Virus record (IMG/VR): IMGVR_UViG_3300033076_000432
Location: 1-41,003 of that record
From: a virus
Taxonomy: Duplodnaviria; Caudoviricetes
DNA length: 41,003 bases
Direction: 5' to 3' (one strand)
Positions 1 to 7,745 of this stretch are shown here, piece by piece (positions within the stretch are counted from its first letter, which is position 1; every line of letters begins with the position of its first letter). Made by a program: the position numbers and the translations under genes. Under the pieces are notes generated by a model. The model had not been told where the DNA came from. It saw only the letters and a program-made list of their open reading frames with translations, and did no database searches.

Positions 1-77
1 TGTCTCAGCACCTATCCAACAGTCGGGGACTTCACCTTGCGCCGCTGCCGTTAAACCATTTCCAACCAGCGCAAGGG
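1..77. repeat. Exact 77-bp direct repeat of 39894-39970 (circularisation or assembly branch point)
   Basis: TGTCTCAGCACC...AGCGCAAGGG is identical at both loci; the sequences diverge at base 78 / 39971. Confidence 0.97.
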
Positions 78-93
78 ATGATTGCTGCCTATG

Positions 94-948
94 TCATGCA
101 ACCTTCTTCAGCGTAAAATTGCGCCCAGGTTTCACAGCCATTGGCTCCGCGCTTGCGGAGCTTTTTTTCATCTCTTTGCCGATGAATGCGCGCACATCCT
201 CAACAGTGCCGCGCTGATCCTTCACAAGGATCGTTGTGATCTTGCGGGTCTCACGCGAGTCAAACGCACGCAGCGAGCGCACAAACAAGTCCAGCGAGCG
301 GGCAGAAACAATCTTTCCACCCAGCGCCTGCTTCATCAGGATGCGCGCCGCGTTGGGCATCGAATCAATGTCCGCTGTCACCAGCGAGTGATAGGCAAGC
401 TTGATGAAGTCCTCATCGTGGCCGCGCTTCATCTGGATGATTGCGGCAGCGCGCACAGGCGCAGATGACCAGATGCGAGCATTGCCAGAGCAGTACGTCG
501 TCAGGTCGGAATATTCCGGCTCCACCCAATCCATGAACGGTTTTACGTACTGGTTCGTAAGCCCCGCATTGCCGCCACTGTTGAAAATCTTTGCCACAAA
601 CCGCGCCACCGACACAAGCCCCGTAGAGGCCCCATACACATCGCTCATCGTGCGACGTACACCAAGGTCAATGGCGTCAAACGTTTCATCGTCCTGCCCC
701 GTGGTCACCATGACCGGCACCTTGCAGCCCTCGGGCAGTTGCGAGATGAAGTGCAGCCGGTGCTGGCCGTCAAGCGACTTCCCCGACACGCCAAAAGCGA
801 TGCCCTGGTGCGTTACCTTCCACTCGCCACGGCTCCATGCCTCCATCAATCCATCCACCACAAACGGACGCAACGGGCGGTTGTCGGTGTTCCGCTCCAG
901 CCAATTGCGCGCCATCTTTGGCGTCACTTGAACAAGTTCAGTTTTCAC
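94..948 (-). CDS. ParB/Srx-superfamily (DGQHR-motif) domain protein
   Basis: 284-aa ORF; N-terminal VTPKMARNWLERNTDNRPL...GEWKVTHQGIAF...LDGQHRL pattern; AGGAAG RBS upstream. Confidence 0.65.
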   Translation of the reverse strand: MKTELVQVTPKMARNWLERNTDNRPLRPFVVDGLMEAWSRGEWKVTHQGIAFGVSGKSLDGQHRLHFISQLPEGCKVPVMVTTGQDDETFDAIDLGVRRTMSDVYGASTGLVSVARFVAKIFNSGGNAGLTNQYVKPFMDWVEPEYSDLTTYCSGNARIWSSAPVRAAAIIQMKRGHDEDFIKLAYHSLVTADIDSMPNAARILMKQALGGKIVSARSLDLFVRSLRAFDSRETRKITTILVKDQRGTVEDVRAFIGKEMKKSSASAEPMAVKPGRNFTLKKVA

Positions 949-957
949 AGCTTCCTT

Positions 958-1596
958 TCAGGCGGTCGCCGCCGCCAATGCATCCATCAACTCGCCAATG
1001 AGCGCCCGCTCTTGGTCGGTGAAGGAATCTTTTTCGCGCACCGCCTTGATGGTCAGGCGCAGATAGGTCTCCAGCATCGACACGCCCCGTGCCTCCGCTG
1101 CCTTGAGTTCTTCGCGCAATGCTTCGGCCTTCGGGCCGGTCTTGCGCTTACCCTGCGGCTTGGCCTTTGCAGCCTCGCGCAACATGAACGCAGTGGTTAC
1201 CTGTCCCGCCGTGTCTTTGGCGGTCGCCACAGCCGTTTCAAAGTGATCCTCAGTCATGCTGGCAAGCGACTGCCACCGCGATGACTGAACGGCGCTAACG
1301 CCAATGTCTGATAGGCGCTCGGCGCTATCATCATGTGACCGCCGAACGCTGCCATCCGGCGCACGCCCGTTGAACCGCGATCCAGTAGCCTTTGGCATCG
1401 CTGCCAACATCTCCCCGGCACGGCGCTCGGCGCGCACCTTGATCTCGGTGGCCCACTCAATCAGTTGCGTGTCTTTGGCTTGGCGGGCATACGCAGCCAT
1501 CGCCTCTGCCTTGTCGCGGATGTCTTTGACTTCATCCACCCGCTTGCACTCAGCAAGTGCAATGCGGGCTTGCTCGTAGCGGACTAGTTGAGTCAC
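958..1596 (-). CDS. Hypothetical protein with an N-terminal helical domain of the kind often fused to phage adenine methyltransferases
   Basis: 212 aa, GTG start; RVDEVKDIRDKAEAMAAYARQ...EIKVRAERRAGEML, then an HTH-like LSDIGVSAVQSSRWQSLA; no NPPY/DPPY motif. Confidence 0.6.
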   Translation of the reverse strand: MTQLVRYEQARIALAECKRVDEVKDIRDKAEAMAAYARQAKDTQLIEWATEIKVRAERRAGEMLAAMPKATGSRFNGRAPDGSVRRSHDDSAERLSDIGVSAVQSSRWQSLASMTEDHFETAVATAKDTAGQVTTAFMLREAAKAKPQGKRKTGPKAEALREELKAAEARGVSMLETYLRLTIKAVREKDSFTDQERALIGELMDALAAATA

Positions 1597-1618
1597 TGAA
1601 TAACCCTTTCTTCCGTGG

Positions 1619-1846
1619 TCATTCCGCGCCCTTCCTCGTGGACTCCGGCAGCAACGTGTTGCCCCGCAGCATGGAAGCGACGACAGTCATCTCTGCCAGA
1701 TAGGCCTTCACATGCTCAGTCGGCACATGCACCACGTACTCGTTCCGGTCTTGCCCTTTGGCAAGGGCGATGGCGTCGAGCGCACGCACCAAGTCAGCGG
1801 GCGCGAGGCCGCGCAACTCTTTGTGTTCAGCGATGGGGGTGGACAT
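1619..1846 (-). CDS. Small ribbon-helix-helix-like regulator at the cII position
   Basis: 75 aa directly after cro (abutting stop and start); ELRGLAPADLVRALDAIALAKGQDRNEYV fits an RHH pattern. Confidence 0.55.
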   Translation of the reverse strand: MSTPIAEHKELRGLAPADLVRALDAIALAKGQDRNEYVVHVPTEHVKAYLAEMTVVASMLRGNTLLPESTRKGAE

Positions 1847-2038
1847 CTACGCAGCCTCCCGCGACGGCGTGATGGCGTGCAGCGCAAGAAGCGCCTTGCC
1901 AAGCTCGTATCGGGGCTGCGCCTGCTGTCCGTTGAGCAGTGCGCTCACCGTCGATTGGGAGCAGCCGCACGCCTTGGCAATCTGGGGCTGAGAGAGTCCG
2001 CGTGCCACCAGGTCCGCGATGATTTGTTTCCAGTCCAT
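1847..2038 (-). CDS. cro: Cro-like HTH repressor
   Basis: 63 aa from ATG at 2038; GLSQPQIAKACGCSQSTVSALLNG HTH; divergent from the cI-like gene. Confidence 0.85.
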   Translation of the reverse strand: MDWKQIIADLVARGLSQPQIAKACGCSQSTVSALLNGQQAQPRYELGKALLALHAITPSREAA

Positions 2039-2044
2039 GCCGCG

Positions 2045-2086
2045 AGAATATCGGCGTCCCGATTTCTTGTCAAGCGGGATACCGAT
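2045..2086 (-). promoter_or_regulatory. PR-like promoter with two operators
   Basis: Minus strand TTGACA (2073-2068), 17 nt, TATTCT (2050-2045); operators ATCGGcgtcCCGAT (2050-2063) and AgCGGgataCCGAT (2073-2086). Confidence 0.85.
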
Positions 2087-2111
2087 TTTGCGTGCGGGTA
2101 GCGTGTGAGCC

Positions 2112-2489
2112 ATGCCAAACCGCCCTAGAACAGACTTCGGCAAGCGGCTGCGAGACGCCCGCAAAGCGGCCCAGTTGAGCCAGGTGCAGCTAGGGCAATT
2201 GGCGGGCCTGTCTCAGTCCAACGTGGCCGAGCTAGAGTCCGTGGGCCAAGGAAGCGCCGCCGTCACCCGGCTAGCCGCTGCGCTCAAGGTAGATGCCCAT
2301 TGGCTAGCCACGGGGGAAGGACAGAAGGAGCCGCTGATGTGCCCTTTGTCGCCTGACTTGGCATCGGCGATTGCTCGATTGCCGGCTGATCACCTGCGCC
2401 GCCTGGAAGCGCAACTCCGAGTGCAACTTGACGTCGAGGCGCCAGAAGGTGAGCGGGGAAACGCCCGCCTGAACGGAACAACCGGCTGA
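2112..2489 (+). CDS. cI: CI-like XRE HTH repressor without an S24 peptidase domain
   Basis: 125 aa; FGKRLRDARKAAQLSQVQLGQLAGLSQSNVAELES...LAAALKVDAHWLATGEG; flanked by operator-bearing promoters. Confidence 0.8.
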   Translation: MPNRPRTDFGKRLRDARKAAQLSQVQLGQLAGLSQSNVAELESVGQGSAAVTRLAAALKVDAHWLATGEGQKEPLMCPLSPDLASAIARLPADHLRRLEAQLRVQLDVEAPEGERGNARLNGTTG

Positions 2490-2581
2490 GAACGCCGGTT
2501 CTGTACGTCATCCATCGCCGCTCGCAAGGCGGGTAAAAGTGTGTCTAAGGGTAAACACCTAGAAAAAAAGTGGCCCATACT

Positions 2582-2621
2582 ATCGGTAAACCGTTGACAT
2601 TGATATCGGCCGCCCGATAAT
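2582..2621 (+). promoter_or_regulatory. PL-like promoter with two operators
   Basis: TTGACA 2594-2599, 16 nt, GATAAT 2616-2621; operators ATCGGtaaaCCGtT (2582-2595) and ATCGGccgcCCGAT (2605-2618), same consensus as at PR. Confidence 0.85.
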
Positions 2622-2662
2622 GCTCTACATGCGCTGCACGGTGCGGCGCCAGGAGAGAGCAG

Positions 2663-2893
2663 ATGAACCTGAGGAAAGAAGCGCGCAAAGCCAACCTCGC
2701 CAAGTGGCGCGCACAAAGCCCCGCCGTCATCCAGCGTCCGCTGCGTTTCGTGCGTGAGCGCACCGCGATGAAGGACGACAAAGGCAACATCATCGACTAC
2801 CTGCCCATCGGCATGGCTGCGATCCATGCTGCGCGGCGCGGAGACGGGTGCACGGTCAACATCATCGCCCGCGAACTGCTGGGGGACGCATGA
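2663..2893 (+). CDS. Hypothetical basic protein, first gene of the early operon (N-like position)
   Basis: AGGAG RBS; 76 aa with an Arg/Lys-rich N-terminus; ATGA overlap with the next gene. Confidence 0.65.
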   Translation: MNLRKEARKANLAKWRAQSPAVIQRPLRFVRERTAMKDDKGNIIDYLPIGMAAIHAARRGDGCTVNIIARELLGDA

Positions 2894-3276
2894 ACGCCAA
2901 CCCTGAAGTAGACGCCGACCGCCACACCACGGCGCAGGCGTCGTACACCGACTCGTTCAACAGCGCATTGCGCCAAGCAGAAGCCGACATCCGCGAGGGC
3001 TTTGCCGACTACTTCGGCGGCAACAGCCGCGCCACGGTGCCGTTCGTCACGTACAGCAGCACACGCGGTGCCATCGTCGCTGAGATGCCCGCCGAGCAGG
3101 CGTCCCGCGATGCGCTCGACAGCCACGAAGGCGAGGCCGCGCTCAAGGCGCTGCTGCAGGGCGCGATGAGCGTCGAGCAGTTCCGCGAGGTGCTGGTGCA
3201 GCGACACATCCACCTGTGGGCCGACGACATCGCGCAGGAGCGTGCTGGTGACTACGACGGCTGGAGCGACGAATGA
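2890..3276 (+). CDS. Hypothetical phage protein
   Basis: ATG 2890 (MNANPEVD...), ATGA-coupled at both ends. Confidence 0.7.
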   Translation: MNANPEVDADRHTTAQASYTDSFNSALRQAEADIREGFADYFGGNSRATVPFVTYSSTRGAIVAEMPAEQASRDALDSHEGEAALKALLQGAMSVEQFREVLVQRHIHLWADDIAQERAGDYDGWSDE

Positions 3277-3572
3277 GCAAGCACACACCGGGGCCGTGGA
3301 TTGCCGAGGAAATTGGCATGTCCAGCGCGGGCGATAACGCAGTGCCCATATATGACGTTATCGCTGGCATGCGTAACCGCGTTTGCGAGTACGCCAGCGA
3401 AGCAGACGCCCGCCTGATTGCAGCCGCGCCGGAACTGCTCGCGATTGTCAGCAAGTTGGCACTGCTGCGCGAAGGATTGGACAACGGCAATTCAAGCGCC
3501 GAGGACGCTGCAGCGCGTCTTGCTGCTGCGGCTGCTTCCGTGGTTGCCAAGGCCACTGGAGGTGCCGCATGA
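3273..3572 (+). CDS. Conserved phage early protein (HTPGPW...ARLIAAAPELL type)
   Basis: Recognisable MSKHTPGPW and DARLIAAAPELL motifs; coupled start and stop. Confidence 0.75.
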   Translation: MSKHTPGPWIAEEIGMSSAGDNAVPIYDVIAGMRNRVCEYASEADARLIAAAPELLAIVSKLALLREGLDNGNSSAEDAAARLAAAAASVVAKATGGAA

Positions 3573-3751
3573 ACGCTTTCGAGTGGGCCGCTATTGGCCT
3601 GATTTGCTTCATCGGCGGCTTGGGCTTTGCGCTCACGCTGCTGTCCATCAACCAGCGCAGCGAAGCAGAGGACGCTGAAGAACGCCGCGCAGTGAGCAAG
3701 CGGGGCGACGAGTGGTCGCAGGAACAGATGCGCGAACGGGGGTGGATGTGA
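3569..3751 (+). CDS. Small membrane protein
   Basis: ATG 3569; hydrophobic stretch WAAIGLICFIGGLGFALTLLSI. Confidence 0.65.
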   Translation: MNAFEWAAIGLICFIGGLGFALTLLSINQRSEAEDAEERRAVSKRGDEWSQEQMRERGWM

Positions 3752-3948
3752 TGAACGACAAGACTGGCGGGCCTGCGTTCCCGCATGAATTTGGTGACTG
3801 CTCCAAGGGCATGAGCCTGCGCGACTATTTCGCGGCGAAGGCGATGGCGGCACTTATCAACCCCAAGGGTGAGGACTTTGACCGCATTGCCGAGGTGCCC
3901 GAGTATGCCTATCAGATTGCCGACGCCATGCTGGAGGCGCGCAAGTGA
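3751..3948 (+). CDS. Conserved phage protein (GGPAFP...GMSLRDYFAAKAM type)
   Basis: Motifs GGPAFP, MSLRDYFAAKAM and AYQIADAMLEAR. Confidence 0.8.
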   Translation: MNDKTGGPAFPHEFGDCSKGMSLRDYFAAKAMAALINPKGEDFDRIAEVPEYAYQIADAMLEARK

Positions 3949-4103
3949 GCCGCGTCCAACTACTGCGCCGCGCGATCCGCAACTGGAGCAGCCCGATGGT
4001 GCCGCGCCACATTAACCGCGCCAATCAGCGCAAGTGGATTGCAGCGGTTCAGGAACTCGGCTCGAAATGGTTGCTTGCGCAGCCGGTGGAGCGGCGGCAA
4101 TGA
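3945..4103 (+). CDS. Hypothetical 52-aa protein
   Basis: GTGA overlap with the upstream stop; MSRVQLLRRA...NQRKWIAAVQELGSKWLLAQPV; below the ORF-track cutoff. Confidence 0.6.
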   Translation: MSRVQLLRRAIRNWSSPMVPRHINRANQRKWIAAVQELGSKWLLAQPVERRQ

Positions 4104-4284
4104 GGCCCCCGCTGTGGGTGTGGGCCACCGTCTACGGCACCGCGATGGTGGTGCTGACGGCGATTTTGATGGGGGCGCTGTGAGCCAGGCGCAATACGAG
4201 CAACAAGGTGCCGCAGAACAGTGGCACCACGAAAACGGCTGTGACTTCGTGCCGTCAAACGAGTCGAACTTCTGGAGAAAGACC

Positions 4285-4920
4285 ATGGCATTCATCGCCA
4301 CCAAACCGCAATCGAACTACACCCCTCCCCCCGCTGGCATGCATCCCGCACGGTGCTATCGGTTGATTGACCTGGGCACGCAGCCCAAGTCTTACCAAGG
4401 CAAGCCCACCGGCGAAGCCCGCAAGGTGATGGCATCGTGGGAACTGCTGGGCGAGGATCGCATGGACGATGGCAAGCCGTTCACCATCAGCAAATCGTGG
4501 TTCATGAGCCTGCATGAAAAAGCCGCGTTGCGCAAGGATTTGGAATCGTGGCGCGGGCGTCCGTTTACCGTCGAGGAAGAAGCCTCGTTCGATGTGTCCA
4601 AGCTGCTCGGCGCGTACTGCCTGCTGAACGTGGTTCAGGAGGCCGGCCAGGACGGCCCCGTGTACACCAAGATCAGCGCCATCACGCCGATGCTCAAGGG
4701 CATGCCGAAGCCTGAGCCGGTGAACGCAACCGCCATCTTTGATGCCGACAACCCGGACATGGAGATGTTTGAGAAATTCAGCGACAAGATGAAGGAGACG
4801 ATTCGCGGATGCCGCGAATGGCGGGCGCGTGCTGCTGGTGGTCGGGTTGCCACGACTGCCGTGAACCCCGGCACCAAGGGCAGCGGCTTTGACGACATGG
4901 ACGACGACATTCCGTTCTGA
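4285..4920 (+). CDS. Phage single-stranded DNA-binding-like protein
   Basis: GGAGA RBS before ATG 4285; PPAGMHPARCYRLIDLGTQ core; acidic SSB-type tail FDDMDDDIPF. Confidence 0.7.
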   Translation: MAFIATKPQSNYTPPPAGMHPARCYRLIDLGTQPKSYQGKPTGEARKVMASWELLGEDRMDDGKPFTISKSWFMSLHEKAALRKDLESWRGRPFTVEEEASFDVSKLLGAYCLLNVVQEAGQDGPVYTKISAITPMLKGMPKPEPVNATAIFDADNPDMEMFEKFSDKMKETIRGCREWRARAAGGRVATTAVNPGTKGSGFDDMDDDIPF

Positions 4921-4922
4921 CC

Positions 4923-5141
4923 ATGCTTCCAGACCTGTCCGATACCGAGCGGATGGCGCAAATTGGGCGTGTCACGGTATTGCGCAAGCAACGCCGCGAC
5001 ATTGCCCAAAAGCTGCGGGACAAGGTGGTCGTGCTGCTCAACAACATGGAAGCACCGGACATGGTGTGCGACGTGTCTGGCATCACCGACATGGTAGCCG
5101 CCATCCAAGAGATCAACGACGCACTGGCGCGGTTGAAGTGA
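4923..5141 (+). CDS. Hypothetical protein
   Basis: 72 aa filling the gap between neighbours; helical amphipathic pattern. Confidence 0.6.
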   Translation: MLPDLSDTERMAQIGRVTVLRKQRRDIAQKLRDKVVVLLNNMEAPDMVCDVSGITDMVAAIQEINDALARLK

Positions 5142-5509
5142 TGCGCCGCACCTACATCATGCCCGGTGGCCGCGAACGTGCCCTGGAAGCCGTCAGAACC
5201 GCGCCAGACGGCTTTGCGGTGACGGTGGCAGAGCCTACGCGCAACCTTGAGCAGAACGCCAAGTTCCACGCCCTGTGCAGCGACTTGGCGAAGTCTCGCC
5301 GCGAGTGGATGGGCAAGCCCCGCACGGCAGACGAATGGAAGGTACTGTTAGTCAGCGGCCATGCTGTGGCGACCAAGCAAGGTGCAGAGATGGTGCCGGG
5401 GCTGGAAGGCGAGTTTGTGAACCTGCGCGAAAGCACGGCAAGCATGAGCAAGTCGCGCATCTCGTCGCTGATTGACTACGCGCAGGCGTTTGTGGAGCGA
5501 GCATGCTGA
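5141..5509 (+). CDS. ninB: NinB-family recombination protein
   Basis: ATG 5141; VAEPTRNLEQNAKFHALCSDLAK...EWKVLL...STASMSK motifs. Confidence 0.8.
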   Translation: MRRTYIMPGGRERALEAVRTAPDGFAVTVAEPTRNLEQNAKFHALCSDLAKSRREWMGKPRTADEWKVLLVSGHAVATKQGAEMVPGLEGEFVNLRESTASMSKSRISSLIDYAQAFVERAC

Positions 5510-5769
5510 ACAAACTGACGCAGCGTGAGCGCCTGCACCTGGCGCGCATCAAGAGCCTGCCCTGCAGCGTTTGCGATGCGCCTGGGCCGAGCGAGGCGCA
5601 CCATGTCCGGCAGGGGCTTCAGCACACAGCCGTGGCGCTGTGCCCCGAGTGCCACCGTAGCCCGGTGCTGGGGTGGCACGGGCAGAAGCGGGGCTGGGTG
5701 GTGCGCAAGATGGACGAACTAGACGCGCTGGACATCACCATTGCGCGACTCATGGAGGAAGCGAGATGA
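5503..5769 (+). CDS. Ref/DUF968-like Zn-binding HNH-type nuclease
   Basis: LPCSVC...EAHHV...LCPECH pattern. Confidence 0.65.
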   Translation: MLNKLTQRERLHLARIKSLPCSVCDAPGPSEAHHVRQGLQHTAVALCPECHRSPVLGWHGQKRGWVVRKMDELDALDITIARLMEEAR

Positions 5770-6158
5770 GCGACAAAGACGAGGCCACGCGGCTGGCCGA
5801 TGCGCCCCAGCGCATCTGGCTGCAAGTGTGCGACGACGCTGATTGCGTCGAACCGTTCGGCGCGCACGATGGCGTGACATGGTGCCAAGACAAAATCCAC
5901 GACACCGACATCGAGTACGTTCGGGCCGAGCGCATTGCTCAGATGCATTCTGCGTATGCGAACAGCCAACAGCAATTTGTTGAAGCTGCCGAGCGCATCG
6001 CCGCGCTGGAGGCGGCGCTGGAGCAGGCGCGGGTGGCGCTGGAGCAGGCGCGGGTGGCGCTGGAGGTATGCAAGGGCTGGGTGGACATATACGGCCAGCC
6101 AGAGTCGCAGCAACAGATGAACGCCGAACTGCGCGCCATCGAGGAGACCCAGCGATGA
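5766..6158 (+). CDS. Hypothetical protein with a coiled-coil C-terminus
   Basis: ATG 5766 (MSDKDEAT...APQRIWLQ...VTWCQDKI...EYVRA); ATGA-coupled. Confidence 0.7.
   Translation: MSDKDEATRLADAPQRIWLQVCDDADCVEPFGAHDGVTWCQDKIHDTDIEYVRAERIAQMHSAYANSQQQFVEAAERIAALEAALEQARVALEQARVALEVCKGWVDIYGQPESQQQMNAELRAIEETQR
6014..6065. repeat. 21-bp tandem repeat (~2.5 copies; ALEQARV heptad)
   Basis: GGCGCTGGAGCAGGCGCGGGT at 6014 and 6035, partial at 6056. Confidence 0.9.
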
Positions 6159-6394
6159 CCGCCCCGTGGATGCCGCCGCTGCCGGAGCCGGACGGCTACA
6201 TGCGCCACACACCCGTGTGGGCCGAGGATTCGATGCGCCAAGCCCAGGCCGACGCCGCACGCGCTGCGCTGGAGCAGGCTGCTCGACGCATCAGGCACGA
6301 ACTCACCAGCGTGAGCGCATCACAGGATGTCAAGGCGCTGGCCGAGTGGTACGCAACGTCGCTGGAACAGATGGCAAAGGAGATCACACCATGA
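6155..6394 (+). CDS. Hypothetical protein
   Basis: ATG 6155 (MTAPWMPPLPEPD...), coupled at both ends. Confidence 0.65.
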   Translation: MTAPWMPPLPEPDGYMRHTPVWAEDSMRQAQADAARAALEQAARRIRHELTSVSASQDVKALAEWYATSLEQMAKEITP

Positions 6395-6759
6395 AACTGC
6401 AAGACCTACCCCAACTCAACGCCCCGCTCGACGGCGGCATCTTCGCCGGACTCACGACCCTCAAGGACGGCACGCACTGCGCCGTGGTGCTGCTGCCAGC
6501 ACGCGGCGAGGACCTCACCTGGCCACAGGCCACCGAATGGGCCAAGGAACAGGGCGGCGAGCTGCCCACGCGCCCGGTTGCCGCGCTGATCTTCGCAAAC
6601 ATCCAGGACCGGCCAAAGGAGGGATGGCGCTGGACCAATGATGAGTTCAACGCCTCCTACGCCTGGTGCTGCTACTTCAGCGACGGCTACCAGCAGGGCA
6701 GCCACAAGAGCTACGAGGGCTCGGCTGTTGCCGTCCGCTACGTGAGGATCACATCATGA
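6391..6759 (+). CDS. DUF1566 (C-type lectin fold) protein
   Basis: AGGAG RBS; GGIFAG...LTWPQATEWAKEQGGELPTR...YAWCCYFSDGYQ...AVAVR. Confidence 0.75.
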   Translation: MKLQDLPQLNAPLDGGIFAGLTTLKDGTHCAVVLLPARGEDLTWPQATEWAKEQGGELPTRPVAALIFANIQDRPKEGWRWTNDEFNASYAWCCYFSDGYQQGSHKSYEGSAVAVRYVRITS

Positions 6760-7034
6760 CCGACCACGAACTGCTGGAGGCCGCTGCGAAGGCGGCGGGC
6801 ATTCTTGTCTCCTGGGACGCTTATGCGGGCGACGGCGAGGAAGACGTGTTGGTGACGGGCGATGGGTACGTCTGGAACCCCCTCACCGACGACGGCGATG
6901 CGCTGCGGCTGGCGGTGAAGTTGGGCATCGCAGATTTGGGCAACTTCTACGACGACGATGGCTCCGACCCCTACGCCGCCACCCGCCTAGCCATCACCCG
7001 CGCCGCCGCTGAGATTGGGAGGGCAATGCCATGA
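6756..7034 (+). CDS. Conserved phage protein (WNPLTDDGDALRLAVKL type)
   Basis: MTDHELLEAAAKAAG, WNPLTDDGDALRLAVKL and DPYAATRLAITRAAAEIG motifs. Confidence 0.8.
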   Translation: MTDHELLEAAAKAAGILVSWDAYAGDGEEDVLVTGDGYVWNPLTDDGDALRLAVKLGIADLGNFYDDDGSDPYAATRLAITRAAAEIGRAMP

Positions 7035-7198
7035 CCGACCCGACCGACGCAGAACGCTGCTTTGAGCAAGGGTGCAACGGCTGCGACGACTGCATTGACG
7101 ACGAGCCGGAGTGCGAGCGATGCCACGGCGACGGAATGGACCCGGCGTGCGACTACTTGCTGCCGTGCCCGCTGTGCCAAGGGGAGCAGAGAGCATGA
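7031..7198 (+). CDS. Small Cys-rich (Zn-finger-like) protein
   Basis: 55 aa; CNGCDDC, CERCHGDG and CPLCQG; ATGA-coupled at both ends. Confidence 0.6.
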   Translation: MTDPTDAERCFEQGCNGCDDCIDDEPECERCHGDGMDPACDYLLPCPLCQGEQRA

Positions 7199-7389
7199 CC
7201 GACCACGCTGACCTGAAGTGCAACAAGTGCGGCGCGCCGATTACGACCGGCCTGATCGCCGCGATCTGCCCACACAGGGAGCAGTGCGAGTACTGGCCGG
7301 ATGACTTGGAGAGTCAACAGTTCCTCGACTCGCTCGGGTGGCGAGTCGGCGGCACTTTCACCAAGGCTGTGATTGGGGGTGCGCGATGA
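7195..7389 (+). CDS. Small Zn-ribbon-like protein
   Basis: MTDHADLKCNKCGAP...CPHREQC; coupled start. Confidence 0.55.
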   Translation: MTDHADLKCNKCGAPITTGLIAAICPHREQCEYWPDDLESQQFLDSLGWRVGGTFTKAVIGGAR

Positions 7390-7480
7390 AATGGCACAAA
7401 GGACCGCCGCCGTTGGGCGATCAGGTTGTGCGATAGGGTTAGCCGGCACCCTACAAATGCCGGTATGCAAGGAGCTTGAA

Positions 7481-7672
7481 ATGACCAAGGCAATTCGGAT
7501 CGAGAACGCGGACACAAGCAACCACAAGGTGCGCGTGTACCGCGAAAACAAGAACGAGGCGGGCGAGTGGGTTCGCAGCGATGCCGTTCCACCGGCGACC
7601 CTAGATATGCCAACGCAGATGCTGTGCGAATACGTGCACAGCGGCCAGCGGCTTGTGGTCGAAGAGGTCTAG
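7481..7672 (+). CDS. Hypothetical 63-aa protein
   Basis: AAGGAG RBS; MTKAIRIENADTSNHKVRV...YVHSGQRLVVEEV. Confidence 0.65.
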   Translation: MTKAIRIENADTSNHKVRVYRENKNEAGEWVRSDAVPPATLDMPTQMLCEYVHSGQRLVVEEV

Positions 7673-7745
7673 CCATGCTTCACCCGACGCACTACTGGCC
7701 CGCAGGCGCTAGGGTGCCGAGGGTGGAGCCTGGGAGGGGTGAGTG

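Noticed and set aside
1-77. 77-bp repeat as an attL/attR pair or physical terminal repeat
   Set aside because: The sequence beyond the second copy is phage-like and co-oriented rather than host DNA, the repeat is not a tRNA end, and its length equals a common assembly k-mer.
2545-2562. Imperfect palindrome CTAAGGGTAAACACCTAG upstream of PL
   Set aside because: Single copy with several mismatches; no binding factor can be supported from this sequence alone.
6014-6065. 21-bp tandem repeat as a regulatory element
   Set aside because: An in-frame heptad duplication in a coiled coil; ordinary slippage.
6640-6745. Diversity-generating retroelement
   Set aside because: No reverse transcriptase, Avd or second near-copy of the region found in the window.
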